From assembly GCA_043756865.1 (NCBI GenBank), contig JAYUQG010000025.1, forward strand, positions 921-64,920: DNA of 64,000 nucleotides. Reading direction: 5' to 3'. A program made the position numbers and the translations under genes. Source of the stretch: a bacterium (GTDB lineage: Bacteria > Patescibacteriota > Minisyncoccia > Phycocordibacterales > UBA6899). Below are positions 39,729 to 50,447 of this stretch, in pieces (the first letter of the stretch is position 1; the number at the start of each line of letters is the position of its first letter). The notes beneath the pieces were generated by a model that saw only the letters and a list, made by a program, of their open reading frames with translations, made no database searches and was not told where the DNA came from.

Positions 39729-41205
39729 AACCTTGGCGATACGCACGAACACACAGCATAAAGAGCAGTGCATAGACGACACACACAACAAATCCCGATA
39801 CGGGAGGGATGGTTATATATCCAAATGGAATATCGGCAAATAATCGTCCCATTGCAATAATGTATGAAAGTGACACATACGCAGGAATCGCCGCGATAAG
39901 CCCAAATCCAGTACCAAAAAACGCGCTCAGTCCTCCGACAAAAGAGAAAAGCATCGCTGCGGGAATAATTGGGAGTACGAGTATGTTTACCAAAAGTCCG
40001 ATGAGCGATAGCCCTCCGCTACCGTAGATGAGGAGTGGCGTAACAAACAGTTGGGTTGCTACCGTTGAAAGGACAATCTCTTCAAGCTTTGGCCATGCCC
40101 GCAAGCGGGTGAAGTGCATCTTGAGTATAGGCACAAATAGGAGTAATCCTGAGGCAGCAAGAAATGAAAGTTGGAATGACGGATCATACAGCAGAATTCC
40201 CGGTGCATGGAGCACCATTAATGCCCCCGCAAAAAGCAGTGCGCGAGACATGTCGTACGTACGACCCAACACTCGCGCAAGAAGCACAAGTAGCGCCATC
40301 AGCATTGCACGTATGACGGTGGCACTTCCGCCAGCCATTATTCCAAAGAGCGTCACACCAAGAGCAGCACAGCCGATACTTCCCCAGAATCCCGTGAAGA
40401 GAAATATGACACGAAGCCACTCTGCAACAATCGTCATATTGTAGCCGGACAGAACTACAATATGAATAATTCCACTTTGCCGAAAATCTTCGGTGAGCGA
40501 GTCTCCCAGTGAACGCTTGTCGCCAAGGAGAATTCCTCCGGCCAATGCCCCTGAAGGGTCAGGAAGTACTTTGCCAAGCTGTTCTTTGAAACTTGCTTTT
40601 ATGCGGAGCAACATACCTTTTACGGGATTTGCCGCACTATCTCCCGTGCGGGTTATGGTGGGGCGCGACAGAGTAAGACGAATGTCCTTTGCCGCAAGGT
40701 ATTGGTCGTACGCAAACACTCTTCCGTTTTCTGTTTCGAACAACTTGGGTCGTGCCAGTGTTCCGCGGAGTTCGATGACTTCGCCGTATACATATGTGGG
40801 GTAGATGTCCGTTGATACAAGCACGAGTGCGTCAACGGGAGTTTTTTCGGAACTGATTGTGCGCAAGCGCACCGTGAGGTTCACCTTATGCTCCCGCACA
40901 TCAGGCTCCTCAGCGATAACACCACGCATAACCGCCTCCGTCCCCACCGTTCGTGCTAATTCGGGCTGCACTCCCGTATTGCTCCAATACCCAAACCGCA
41001 ACACTCCAACGGCAGCACAAAAAAGCATGATTCCACAAACTACAAACAGGCGCTTTCTGCGCACGAGTCCCACGAAGAGTACAACTCCAGCAAGCAAAAG
41101 AAAAAGCCCCACAACCCCAACATCAGCAGCAAACACACCTGCAAGGAAAATCCCCGCAAGGAAAGCGAGGAGAAAAAAATGGATATATTCGTTCAATAAA
41201 CGCAT
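39697..41205 (-). CDS. comEC: ComEC competence channel (no MBL domain)
   Basis: HIVVLSGYN, IRAMLM and SFQLSF motifs. Confidence 0.93.
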   Translation of the reverse strand: MRLLNEYIHFFLLAFLAGIFLAGVFAADVGVVGLFLLLAGVVLFVGLVRRKRLFVVCGIMLFCAAVGVLRFGYWSNTGVQPELARTVGTEAVMRGVIAEEPDVREHKVNLTVRLRTISSEKTPVDALVLVSTDIYPTYVYGEVIELRGTLARPKLFETENGRVFAYDQYLAAKDIRLTLSRPTITRTGDSAANPVKGMLLRIKASFKEQLGKVLPDPSGALAGGILLGDKRSLGDSLTEDFRQSGIIHIVVLSGYNMTIVAEWLRVIFLFTGFWGSIGCAALGVTLFGIMAGGSATVIRAMLMALLVLLARVLGRTYDMSRALLFAGALMVLHAPGILLYDPSFQLSFLAASGLLLFVPILKMHFTRLRAWPKLEEIVLSTVATQLFVTPLLIYGSGGLSLIGLLVNILVLPIIPAAMLFSFVGGLSAFFGTGFGLIAAIPAYVSLSYIIAMGRLFADIPFGYITIPPVSGFVVCVVYALLFMLCVRAYRQGSTFREKSPRG

Positions 41206-41211
41206 ACCAGC

Positions 41212-41943
41212 CTACAATGTTGCGCCCCAAGAACGAAGAATCGCCGCCTCGTCGCTCTCCGAAAGTGTTTTCTTGTATTTCACACCAGACTTACCCTTCA
41301 CACGACGTTCGCAGTCCCCCCAAGTTATGTGTCGCTTGGCGACACCTCCCACAAGTGAGAGGTACGAATACGCGGGTGCGCGTGAATGTGTCCGAGATGC
41401 CGCTTTTTTGCGTAATGCCTCATCATCAGCAGCAATATTCATAATGTCATAAGCATAATCTCCGAGATTGCCCGAGAACAGGTCAACATCGGCGTTTGCA
41501 GCATAGCCTGTTGCAATTTCATCTGCTCGTTCATTCCCTTCAATGCCCGCGTGACCTGGGATGTGCTTCCATATAATATGGCCAAATTTTTTTCGTTCCT
41601 CAAGAAGTGGCATGAGTGCCTCCCAGAGATCGCGGTTGCTGACATCAGTCTTCCCGATTGTTTTCCAATTTCTTTTCTGCCATCCGACAATCCATTCTGT
41701 TGCACCCTTTAGTACGTAAGAGGAGTCAATGTAGACGGTGATATCTCCAGATTCCTGCGCAAGCCTATGTAACCCCTCGATTAGCCCCACAAGCTCCATG
41801 CGGTTATTCGTTGTTTGGTCTTCGTGGCCTCCCATTTCGATAACTCGCTCACCTGCGAGTATGAGAATCGCCCCCCAACCACCTGGGCCAGGATTGCCGA
41901 GCGAGCTACCGTCGGTAAACAAAAGATGTCCCTCTTTTTCCAT
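41212..41943 (-). CDS. rnhA: ribonuclease HI with C-terminal hybrid-binding (viroplasmin-like) domain
   Basis: TDGSSLGNPGPGGWG, TNNRMEL and GHAG..GNERAD motifs; C-terminal TWGDCERRVKG. Confidence 0.92.
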   Translation of the reverse strand: MEKEGHLLFTDGSSLGNPGPGGWGAILILAGERVIEMGGHEDQTTNNRMELVGLIEGLHRLAQESGDITVYIDSSYVLKGATEWIVGWQKRNWKTIGKTDVSNRDLWEALMPLLEERKKFGHIIWKHIPGHAGIEGNERADEIATGYAANADVDLFSGNLGDYAYDIMNIAADDEALRKKAASRTHSRAPAYSYLSLVGGVAKRHITWGDCERRVKGKSGVKYKKTLSESDEAAILRSWGATL

Positions 41944-42019
41944 GAAACAATGGTAGCACAAACATTGTATTTTCGAACAAAAAAGGCTCCGAGCGTTTGC
42001 TCGGAGTGCGTCATGGGAT

Positions 42020-42337
42020 TTACCCCTTTGCGACAATCTCAACAAGGATTGGCACATTGACATTACCCTGATGATAGAACCACTCACCCGTGTTGGCATT
42101 CAGCGCCAATGTGTGCGTAATCGATGTGCGGAAGTAGTCGGGCAGCCTGCCATGGATAAATACGACGGAGATGTACTTCAACTCCGGCGTGATGTGCGAA
42201 ACGAATTTGTGGTTATCGTACCAGACGTAATCCGGCGGCAAATCGTGCACCCACGTTATTTGCGTTTTGAAGACACGCTCGTCGTCGGGAATGCGTATGG
42301 CAATGTACTGGTCGTACCACTTGGAGAGTCTTTCCAT
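42020..42337 (-). CDS. hypothetical protein
   Basis: GGAGG RBS; 105-aa ORF. Confidence 0.6.
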   Translation of the reverse strand: MERLSKWYDQYIAIRIPDDERVFKTQITWVHDLPPDYVWYDNHKFVSHITPELKYISVVFIHGRLPDYFRTSITHTLALNANTGEWFYHQGNVNVPILVEIVAKG

Positions 42338-42393
42338 TACTGCCTCCTACAATAGATCCAATAGTTTTATTATATAGCTTATTTACTTTTTTG

Positions 42394-44058
42394 TCAACTT
42401 ATGTCAACAATACGTAAGCGTAGCTCAGGGCGGCCCATAAAATATGAGCGCTCCATTACTGCCACGAGTTTCACGGTCGCCCCGACCTCCACTCGCTCCA
42501 TAAACCTCGCGGACTCCACAAAAAAGCCAATCGCTTGTGCGCGCCCGCCCTGCGTATCCGCAAGTTCAATTTTTACGTGCTCCTTCTTTTTTCCAAACAT
42601 ACTCACCCGCTTAATTATACTCTCTCGAAAAAGAAAATGCGGCCGCGCGTTACCCACACCAAATGGGGCGAGTCTGGAAATTGCATCGTACGTTTCATCA
42701 GTTACATCACTGATGGTAAGTTCCGAGTCAACCACATAGGGAAGCGCAGGCTTTTCTTTTTTAGGTAAGGTTGCATGTGCTTTTACTAATTCGTCCTCAA
42801 GTCGGTGAATGCCTTCTGATGATACAGAGAACCCACCGGAAAATTCATGGCCACCACGATCAATGAACACTCCGTCAGGAACAGCGAGCATGAGGTCGAC
42901 AAGATTGATACGCCCGTCAGAGCGGCACGATCCCTTGATGTGTGCAGTCCCCTCCTTGCCCCACGCAAACGTTGGTCGATCAAACTCTTCCGCTATTTTA
43001 TTTGCGACAATCCCCACCACCCCTGCACGCCACGATGGACTTCCGAGTACAATCACTGCGCGAAGGTCGCGTTCTTTGAGTACGCGCTTTGCCTCTTTTA
43101 CCATCCGCGCGACCTCGCTCTTGCGCTCATCATTTAAACTTGCGAGGTGGCGGGCGCGCTCTTCTCCAAGCTGCTGGCTGTCAGTGGAAAGCAGTTCAAA
43201 TGCACGGAGCGGAACGTCCATACGACTCGCGGCGTTGATGCGCGGTCCAATCGTAAATCCGACATCTTCTTCGGTGAGATGTGCTTGCAATGTTTTTGCC
43301 TCCCGCAACAGAGCGCGCAATCCGGGGCGGGGCGATTTGCGCAAGACTTTCAGCCCGTAATACGCCAGCATGCGGTTCTCTTTTTGGAGTGGCACCATGT
43401 CCGCAATGGTGGAGAGGCCTGCCATGTCGAGAAGCCACTTTTCCCAGCCGAGGGGGATGTGCGTAAACTTTCCATGCTTGAGTATTGCTTGGGCGAGCTT
43501 AAACGCGACGCCCGCACCACAGAGCATGTCGTCTGGATAAGTATCTCCCTCCTGTTTCGAATTAAGGACTGCATATGCAGGAGGAAGCACCGCCTGCGGT
43601 AAGTGATGATCTGTAACAATGACATCAATGCCCAACTCATTTGCGTGCGCGACCTCCTCCACATCGGTAATTCCACAATCAATGGTGATGATAAGCGATA
43701 CACCGTCCTGTGCAAATTGGTCGATTGCCCCCACGTTCAGACCGTACCCCTCATGGTGTCGGTGCGGAATATAGTTCCGAAAATGCGCATACCCGATTTT
43801 TTTAAACAAATCATGAAGAATAACTGAGCCGGGAATTCCATCACAGTCATAGTCCCCATATAAAACAATTTTGTCGTTTGCCTCCATCGCGCGAAAAATA
43901 CGTTCAACCGCGCGCGCCATGTTGAGTATAAGGAATGGATCAGAACTATCTCGTTCATAGTCTGGGGCAAGGAACCGCAGTTGTGCTTCGGGGTCGATAA
44001 TTCCCCTATTTTTAAGCAGTATAGCCGTAATTGGGTGGAGCGCGGAAAGGTCTTTCAT
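42394..44058 (-). CDS. recJ: ssDNA exonuclease RecJ
   Basis: GDYDCDG, DCG, TDHH, PRINAASR and GGH motifs. Confidence 0.96.
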   Translation of the reverse strand: MKDLSALHPITAILLKNRGIIDPEAQLRFLAPDYERDSSDPFLILNMARAVERIFRAMEANDKIVLYGDYDCDGIPGSVILHDLFKKIGYAHFRNYIPHRHHEGYGLNVGAIDQFAQDGVSLIITIDCGITDVEEVAHANELGIDVIVTDHHLPQAVLPPAYAVLNSKQEGDTYPDDMLCGAGVAFKLAQAILKHGKFTHIPLGWEKWLLDMAGLSTIADMVPLQKENRMLAYYGLKVLRKSPRPGLRALLREAKTLQAHLTEEDVGFTIGPRINAASRMDVPLRAFELLSTDSQQLGEERARHLASLNDERKSEVARMVKEAKRVLKERDLRAVIVLGSPSWRAGVVGIVANKIAEEFDRPTFAWGKEGTAHIKGSCRSDGRINLVDLMLAVPDGVFIDRGGHEFSGGFSVSSEGIHRLEDELVKAHATLPKKEKPALPYVVDSELTISDVTDETYDAISRLAPFGVGNARPHFLFRESIIKRVSMFGKKKEHVKIELADTQGGRAQAIGFFVESARFMERVEVGATVKLVAVMERSYFMGRPELRLRIVDIS

Positions 44059-44120
44059 AAGGAGTATAGTAGCATACGCACAAAACGGTATAATAGACAC
44101 ATACCAATTCATTTTTTACT

Positions 44121-44465
44121 ATGTCACTATTTGGACCCATCAGACCAAACGGAATTACCAAAGAAGAGCTCCGATTTATTCGCGGGGAGCTCCTTCAGTC
44201 GCCGTTTGGAAATAGCACAGACAAACTCACCGCTCTACAGGCCGACGAAATCATGGAAGATCTTGACGACGCAATGGACCCCGATACCTCAAACGACATG
44301 AAATACGGATGGGCACAAGCGTCAGCAGAGGAAGTAGCGGACATAGAACACGACGCGGCGAGCAATAAGCGCTTCAAATACACCTCAGCACAACTGAAGC
44401 ACATCCATGAAGTACTTGGGAAATATCTCAAAATTAACAAAGTGAAATCCTCATATAGCATCTAG
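44121..44465 (+). CDS. hypothetical protein
   Basis: 114-aa ORF directly upstream of the HIT gene. Confidence 0.65.
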   Translation: MSLFGPIRPNGITKEELRFIRGELLQSPFGNSTDKLTALQADEIMEDLDDAMDPDTSNDMKYGWAQASAEEVADIEHDAASNKRFKYTSAQLKHIHEVLGKYLKINKVKSSYSI

Positions 44466-44469
44466 TCCC

Positions 44470-44883
44470 ATGAAACCTGAATGTCTATTCTGTGGGGTAA
44501 TCAGCGGTGCGACGCCTTCGTATAAAATCTATGAAGATGAGTTTACGTTTGCGTTTCTGGATATTCACCCTATCAACCGTGGTCATACACTCGTTATCCC
44601 CAAAACGCATCACGAGAACATTTATGACACCCCCGAGAAGGAATTTGCGCAGCTCATGCACACTGTGCAATTGCTTGCGCCCAAGATAAAACAGGCGGTC
44701 GGGGCAGATGGAGTGAACATCGGTATCAACAATGACTCCGCGGCGGGGCAACTCGTGTTTCACATTCATGTACACATCATCCCTCGTTTCAAAGACGACG
44801 GCCATGCGAATTGGCACGGGAATCCCTATCAGGACGGCGAGATAGCGACCATCAAAGACATTGTCATTCAAGAGTTCAAATAA
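44470..44883 (+). CDS. HIT family nucleotide hydrolase
   Basis: CLFC, GHTLVIPK and HIHVHIIPR motifs. Confidence 0.95.
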   Translation: MKPECLFCGVISGATPSYKIYEDEFTFAFLDIHPINRGHTLVIPKTHHENIYDTPEKEFAQLMHTVQLLAPKIKQAVGADGVNIGINNDSAAGQLVFHIHVHIIPRFKDDGHANWHGNPYQDGEIATIKDIVIQEFK

Positions 44884-44922
44884 AAAACGGCACTCACATG
44901 AGTGCCGTTTTGTTTACAGAAC

Positions 44923-46134
44923 CTATTTCCAAACAGTTGAGCGAAGTACGCTCGCAAAACGATCCACCATAACAGAATGCTCAGGTGAACGTCCGACAGC
45001 AACACGGATAAGTCCCGGAGGGTTAATTTGAAAACCATCCGGTGATACGGCCCCCGCGGGGCTTCCGAGGCATACCGCGTAGGTGTGCACACTGCCAAGT
45101 GATACCGCGGGAGTCGCAAAACCAGATGAGACAAGGGCCGCATGAAATTTTTCGGCACTTTCTTGGGAAAGCAGATCGAGGCCAAGCACACCACCAAATC
45201 CATATGCGACATAACCCATTTGCGTGAGTATCGCACATGACGCTGAATCGGTAGGATAGCGCACACTGATGCCGGCATTCTTGGCGAGGTCGGCGATGCT
45301 GCGTGCATTTGCAGATGCGACACTGAATCTCACATGCATATCCTGCATACGGATCACCAGTTCGTGCGCAGCGCGGGCATCGAGTACGGCACCGTGAAGC
45401 GTTTGCGCTCCAAGAGTGGCGTGAAGGATCTTTTCCCAGAAAGCACGCGTGCATGCGATTCCACCTGCAGTGTAGTCGGAATATCCACCCGCGAATTTTG
45501 TGAGACTGTGTACGACAATGTCCGCACCGAGCGCGATTGGCTGAACGCAAAAAGGCATAAAGGTGTTATCGACAACAAGTGGCACGCCGGCACGCTTGGC
45601 TTCATCCCCAAGCCGCTGTATATCAGCAACGATCATGAGTGGATTAGAGGTAGATTCCACCAAAAGAAATCTGGTGCGCTTTTTCTTTAGCGCAACCCGC
45701 ACCGCATCAAAGTCATTGATATCAACAGGAGTAATACGCAGACGGCCGTCACGCACAAGTGAACGAAGAAGCGCCACTGATCCTCCATAGAGGGAGTCTG
45801 AAACGACGGCGTGATCTCCAGGCTTCGAAAGTGCATTGATCACCACACCGATCGCCGCAAGTCCGCTTGCGACTCCGTAGCCCGCCTCACTTCCCTCCAG
45901 CGCCGCGACCATTTCACCCAAGAGTGCGACAGAAGGTTGGAGCATGCGTCCATACAAATACGGCGTTTCCCGAGGGGGATCATTGAAACGTCGCCTCGTT
46001 TCTGCGGGTGACGGAGTGCCGAATGTGACCGAAAGATCAGCGAGGGGAAGTACGCCACCATTGCTTCCTGTGTGTCTTTCGATTACATGAAGCATGCGCT
46101 CGGTTGCAGAAAGTGCTCTTGTTCCAGCGTTCAT
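44923..46134 (-). CDS. Cys/Met metabolism PLP-dependent enzyme (methionine gamma-lyase-like)
   Basis: YGR, SGLAAI, LYGGS, DNTF, HSLTKF and AVSLG motifs. Confidence 0.88.
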   Translation of the reverse strand: MNAGTRALSATERMLHVIERHTGSNGGVLPLADLSVTFGTPSPAETRRRFNDPPRETPYLYGRMLQPSVALLGEMVAALEGSEAGYGVASGLAAIGVVINALSKPGDHAVVSDSLYGGSVALLRSLVRDGRLRITPVDINDFDAVRVALKKKRTRFLLVESTSNPLMIVADIQRLGDEAKRAGVPLVVDNTFMPFCVQPIALGADIVVHSLTKFAGGYSDYTAGGIACTRAFWEKILHATLGAQTLHGAVLDARAAHELVIRMQDMHVRFSVASANARSIADLAKNAGISVRYPTDSASCAILTQMGYVAYGFGGVLGLDLLSQESAEKFHAALVSSGFATPAVSLGSVHTYAVCLGSPAGAVSPDGFQINPPGLIRVAVGRSPEHSVMVDRFASVLRSTVWK

Positions 46135-46235
46135 ACGTGTCTCCTACAATGTAAAATGACGTCTGTACCCATTATAGTCACCCACAAAATTTGTCCACTG
46201 TCAGTAGAACATAAGAGGCGACGACACGTGTATGA

Positions 46236-47369
46236 TTATGCCTGCAATGCCTCGATGCCGGGAAGCGTTTCGTTTGCGAGAAAGTCGAGCATCGCCCCAC
46301 CGCCGGTTGAAACAAAGGAGAATTGGTCTAATGCACCCATTTCATCAATAAGCGCAACGGTGTCGCCGCCACCTATGATTGAGGTGGCATTTGAGCCTGC
46401 AACCAAAGAAAGCAACTCCCGAGTTCCCTCGGTAAATCCTGCTTCGTAATAACCTAGTGGTCCGTTCCACACAATGAGTTTTGCCCCACCAATGATGCCA
46501 CCAAGCGCACGCACGGATGTAGGTCCCATGTCTACAATCATTTCTCCCGGATTAACTCGATCGACTGCGCGCACTTCTGAGCCGGCCTCATGCTTCACCA
46601 CAACATCTTTTGGGAGTATCAACCGTTCACTGTGGAGTAATTCAGTGAGTCCGCCGAGTTCGTCTGCATCATAGACTGATTTCCCAATTTCGTACCCTTC
46701 GGTTTTAATAAAATTATTCACGATAGCCCCACCTACAACAACATGGTCGGCGAGCGTCAGAAATTTTTTGAGGAGCGGCATTTTTGTTGAAATCTTTGCA
46801 CCTCCCAAAATAAAAACAAATGGATGCTCGGGAGTAAACGCGACGGAAAGTCTACTCACCTCTTCTTGCATCAAGAGCCCCGAAAAATGCGGGAGGAGCT
46901 GTACAACACCAACAACCGAGGCATGCGCACGATGTGAGACCGCAAACGCATCGTTGACGTATATGTCGCCAAGGGATGCAAGATGAACAGCAAATTCAGG
47001 GTCATTATTTTCCTCACCTTTGTTGTGTCGAAGATTTTCCAGAAGGATGACCTCGCCATCCTTCATTTCTTTTGTCATTCGCACATTCTCAGCACTCATC
47101 AGGTTGTCGAGGAATGTAACATGAAATCTCTTGTTTATCGCGGAGGCGACGGGGCGCAATGTGTCTTCGGGTTTTCCTTTCCCTATGTGACTAATAATGA
47201 TCGTACGCGCGCCTGCCTCACGAAGCATATTTACCGTTTTGAGTGACTGTGCAATTCTGAACTCGTCACGAATTTCGCCATTATTAAGGGGGACGTTCAA
47301 ATCAAGACGGAGCAATACGCGCTTGCCACGCAAACTACCAGCAGCAGATATCGAAGGGAGTGTGATCAT
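46236..47369 (-). CDS. pgk: phosphoglycerate kinase
   Basis: RLDLNVP, LLENLR, WNGPLG and STGGGA motifs. Confidence 0.97.
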   Translation of the reverse strand: MITLPSISAAGSLRGKRVLLRLDLNVPLNNGEIRDEFRIAQSLKTVNMLREAGARTIIISHIGKGKPEDTLRPVASAINKRFHVTFLDNLMSAENVRMTKEMKDGEVILLENLRHNKGEENNDPEFAVHLASLGDIYVNDAFAVSHRAHASVVGVVQLLPHFSGLLMQEEVSRLSVAFTPEHPFVFILGGAKISTKMPLLKKFLTLADHVVVGGAIVNNFIKTEGYEIGKSVYDADELGGLTELLHSERLILPKDVVVKHEAGSEVRAVDRVNPGEMIVDMGPTSVRALGGIIGGAKLIVWNGPLGYYEAGFTEGTRELLSLVAGSNATSIIGGGDTVALIDEMGALDQFSFVSTGGGAMLDFLANETLPGIEALQA

Positions 47370-47370
47370 A

Positions 47371-48132
47371 TTATTTGCATGTATCAGCCAACGTGATAAT
47401 TGTATTAAATTTACCAACGTCAAGACTCACTCGGCCAACAAGCAAACCGTCTGCGCCACCTTCGACAAGGAACGGGAGGGCGTTGCGATCATCCACTGAA
47501 CCGCCGTACAGTATTGGTATGGTAAACGCAACTTTTTTTCCAAAAAGTTCTGTCAAATAACGTCGAATCAGAATGCTCATTTCGCAAAAATCAGGTGGAG
47601 TAGCTGCACGTTTCGCCTTTGCACCAATAGCCCATATCGGCTCATAGGCCACGACTAGTCGCTTTGCTTCGGTTTTCGGAAATCCTGCAAGTGATGCGCG
47701 AAGTTGCGCACTCACCTCCGCAAAATATGCACCGTGTTCGTCGCGATTGTGTTCACCCACGCACAGTATGACCGATAGCTTGTTACGCACTGCGGCACAT
47801 GCTTTTGCGGCTATCACCTCGTCCGTCTCACCAAGCGCACGGCGCTCTGAGTGACCAACAATGGCGTAGGTGGCGCCAATGTTTTTTAGTGCAGCAGGTG
47901 AGGTCTCCCCCGTTTTTGCTCCCTCGTCATCAAAAAATGCATTCTGTCCTCCAATGGCAATCCTTGCCTTGCCGGCTGCCGCAACAAGTCCTCCGACAAA
48001 AAGATGCGGGGGGCATACCACAACCCTTGTGTGCTTTGCCCTACTTGCACCTTTTTTTATTCCAGAAAAAATTGCCTTCGCCTCAGCTACTGTTTTAGGA
48101 TACATCTTCCAATTTGCGACGATAAGTTTCAT
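47371..48132 (-). CDS. tpiA: triosephosphate isomerase
   Basis: ANWKM, GHSERR, AYEPIWAIG and YGGSV motifs. Confidence 0.97.
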   Translation of the reverse strand: MKLIVANWKMYPKTVAEAKAIFSGIKKGASRAKHTRVVVCPPHLFVGGLVAAAGKARIAIGGQNAFFDDEGAKTGETSPAALKNIGATYAIVGHSERRALGETDEVIAAKACAAVRNKLSVILCVGEHNRDEHGAYFAEVSAQLRASLAGFPKTEAKRLVVAYEPIWAIGAKAKRAATPPDFCEMSILIRRYLTELFGKKVAFTIPILYGGSVDDRNALPFLVEGGADGLLVGRVSLDVGKFNTIITLADTCK

Positions 48133-48216
48133 TACTACGCATTATAACTAATAACACGAACAAATAACCAGAGATTTGTGCTCTGGTTTTCGTTATGTGT
48201 CATGGTTTGCCTCGTT

Positions 48217-49683
48217 TTACAGCTCATCCCACGAAAGAATTTGATATTGATCGGTGGTGAGAGGAAATGAGGGGGGTGGTCCATACAGAAGATTCGCATC
48301 AAAAGTGGAAATTTGTGATGCATAACCAGAACAATACGATCCGCACGACCATGAGAACGTGTAGCGCTGATTGCTTATCAGTGAGCCGAACGTAGTTATG
48401 CTGTTGCGCAGATGTGAGGCTCCACAGCTGGCACCGTAATAATCTCGCCAAATTGCACCTGACTGCGCGAGCAAAGCGCCGTCAATTCTGAGATTGTCTG
48501 CGCTTGCGTAACCAATGCGGATATAATTCTGTGCGATTAACCCAATAACGTCTGTTCCGTCCATGCGGGTATAACGAATGTCGTTGTTCACAATAATGCT
48601 TGCCCGCGTGGTCGGATTATCTGGAAAACGCGCTGCAGCAATTGTGAGCCTACTACCATCTATCGTTCCTTCAACCCAGACGTCATCTTCGGTAAATATG
48701 AGTCCGTTCGCGGGATAGGCGACGTTTCCAGCGAGCAGTGTCTCTGTTTGTATGCTCCACATGCCTCCACCAGGGTCTGCGTACGTGTACCAAGCAGCAC
48801 AATTTGCGGCAGGAGAAGGGAGTCTTGCGGTTACTATGTAAATATCAAGCACCCCTGTAGGCTTGAGTACAATATGATATCCGAGCGCGCCCGAAGCACC
48901 ATAATAGAGACCCGATGCTTGTGCTCCAGATTTAATTATTGCGAGGTCAGCCATCATTCCAGTAAAGTCCACTGCAGGAACGGCAACTTGCCTGCCAGCC
49001 ATAAACACGTCTGGACGATTGGGTATAGCAGAAGGTGGGGCGGGGTCGCCCGTGGGGTATGTTGGGAGCAGAGGCTTGTCGGTATACACTCCGAAGTGCG
49101 TCCCGCCGAAATCTGGATCTACGTAGGTAGCTCTCGCGCTCGTCACAACATTGTGTGCAACTACGTTGCTGAAGTGCACTCCCCCGTTTGCGTGATACAA
49201 TCCAAAAAATTCAACTTGGTCTTCCCACACATCGGTATTTGTCACCAGTGCGTATTTCGCAAACGAAGGCTTGGCAAATCGCGCTTGAATTGAGCGCGAA
49301 ACGGTTGGTTCATTGTCGATATTTCCGGTTGATTTCACTGTCACAAGAGTGCTTCCCACTGTGGGTGGTGTGATGTCAAGTGTATATGATCCAATTTTTG
49401 TACCACTTTTGTCATAGTAGTCATGCACGTACGGCCCGGTAGTACCAGTACCGTCTTGGTAATCAGTGGGGGCATGCGCTAAATGCCATCGGTAGTAATC
49501 GATTCCTGCCTCAGCAACGGCGAGGGCTTGTTCTCGCGCCTCAGAATGCCTCGCTACACGCACAGACATAACGCCCCAGCCAACTAAACCGGATAGAAAT
49601 ATCATCCCGATAGTCATAAAGGCGATGACCTGAATAAGTATTCCTCCGCGCTGCGACACATGTTTCGCCAATAAAAATTTCAT
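48217..49683 (-). CDS. PilX-like minor pilin
   Basis: QRG|GILI class III signal without E5; AEAGI motif. Confidence 0.75.
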   Translation of the reverse strand: MKFLLAKHVSQRGGILIQVIAFMTIGMIFLSGLVGWGVMSVRVARHSEAREQALAVAEAGIDYYRWHLAHAPTDYQDGTGTTGPYVHDYYDKSGTKIGSYTLDITPPTVGSTLVTVKSTGNIDNEPTVSRSIQARFAKPSFAKYALVTNTDVWEDQVEFFGLYHANGGVHFSNVVAHNVVTSARATYVDPDFGGTHFGVYTDKPLLPTYPTGDPAPPSAIPNRPDVFMAGRQVAVPAVDFTGMMADLAIIKSGAQASGLYYGASGALGYHIVLKPTGVLDIYIVTARLPSPAANCAAWYTYADPGGGMWSIQTETLLAGNVAYPANGLIFTEDDVWVEGTIDGSRLTIAAARFPDNPTTRASIIVNNDIRYTRMDGTDVIGLIAQNYIRIGYASADNLRIDGALLAQSGAIWRDYYGASCGASHLRNSITTFGSLISNQRYTFSWSCGSYCSGYASQISTFDANLLYGPPPSFPLTTDQYQILSWDEL

Positions 49684-49688
49684 ATTTG

Positions 49689-50345
49689 TTATAAGTTGTC
49701 CTTCAGGTTACGAATTGATACTTGCGTTGTATAGGTTTGATACACCGGAGAACGACCGACGTTTGGGTCAACGGCAATATTCATCTTCACAAGCCGGACC
49801 GAGGAAATTAGCACGGGCCACGGAAGTGGGGCAGTTGATGATGCTACGCCATTGTATGTCGCATCGTAATAGGTAAATATCGGCGTCGTTGAAGAATTCT
49901 TTACATCACGAACTATTGTTGTGAGGACTTCCTGAGCTCCATTATAAAACGTTCCCGTTGGCTTGATGACTCCTTTTTTAAGCACATTGTGCACACCGTT
50001 ACTTGAAGATGTGGAGAAAAAATAGCGCACGCGCTCAACATCTCCTCCGCCATCAACATCAGAATAGAAGACGATAGAAGAAGTCGCGATTGATTCGATG
50101 GTGTATGTACCCGCCTCAGAAGGAGAGGCCGAGCGCAACTCTGAAACAAACGATTGTAAGGTTTTGCGTATTTGCTGTTGTGCAAGCAAAGAACTTTGCA
50201 ATATTTTGGAATTCGAAATAATCCCTTTTTGAAATGCAAAAATTCCCGAGCCCATCATCGCAAGTATACCCACCACCACGAGTACCTCGATAAGCGTAAA
50301 CCCCCGAGAAACGCTTTTTGGTTTTTCACAACGCAGTGCATGCAT
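49689..50345 (-). CDS. PilW-like minor pilin
   Basis: G|FTLIE prepilin motif. Confidence 0.85.
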   Translation of the reverse strand: MHALRCEKPKSVSRGFTLIEVLVVVGILAMMGSGIFAFQKGIISNSKILQSSLLAQQQIRKTLQSFVSELRSASPSEAGTYTIESIATSSIVFYSDVDGGGDVERVRYFFSTSSSNGVHNVLKKGVIKPTGTFYNGAQEVLTTIVRDVKNSSTTPIFTYYDATYNGVASSTAPLPWPVLISSVRLVKMNIAVDPNVGRSPVYQTYTTQVSIRNLKDNL

Positions 50346-50447
50346 ATACAGTCATTATATCTCTAAAATGAACATGCGTATCACTTGTTACGCATCCCTC
50401 TAGCCATGTATCGCCACAGCACTCAGCTAACCGAGCGCGGGGCGACC

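Noticed and set aside
44923-46134. PLP enzyme as evidence of methionine biosynthesis
   Set aside because: Isolated gene with no other pathway genes in the window; a catabolic role is equally likely.
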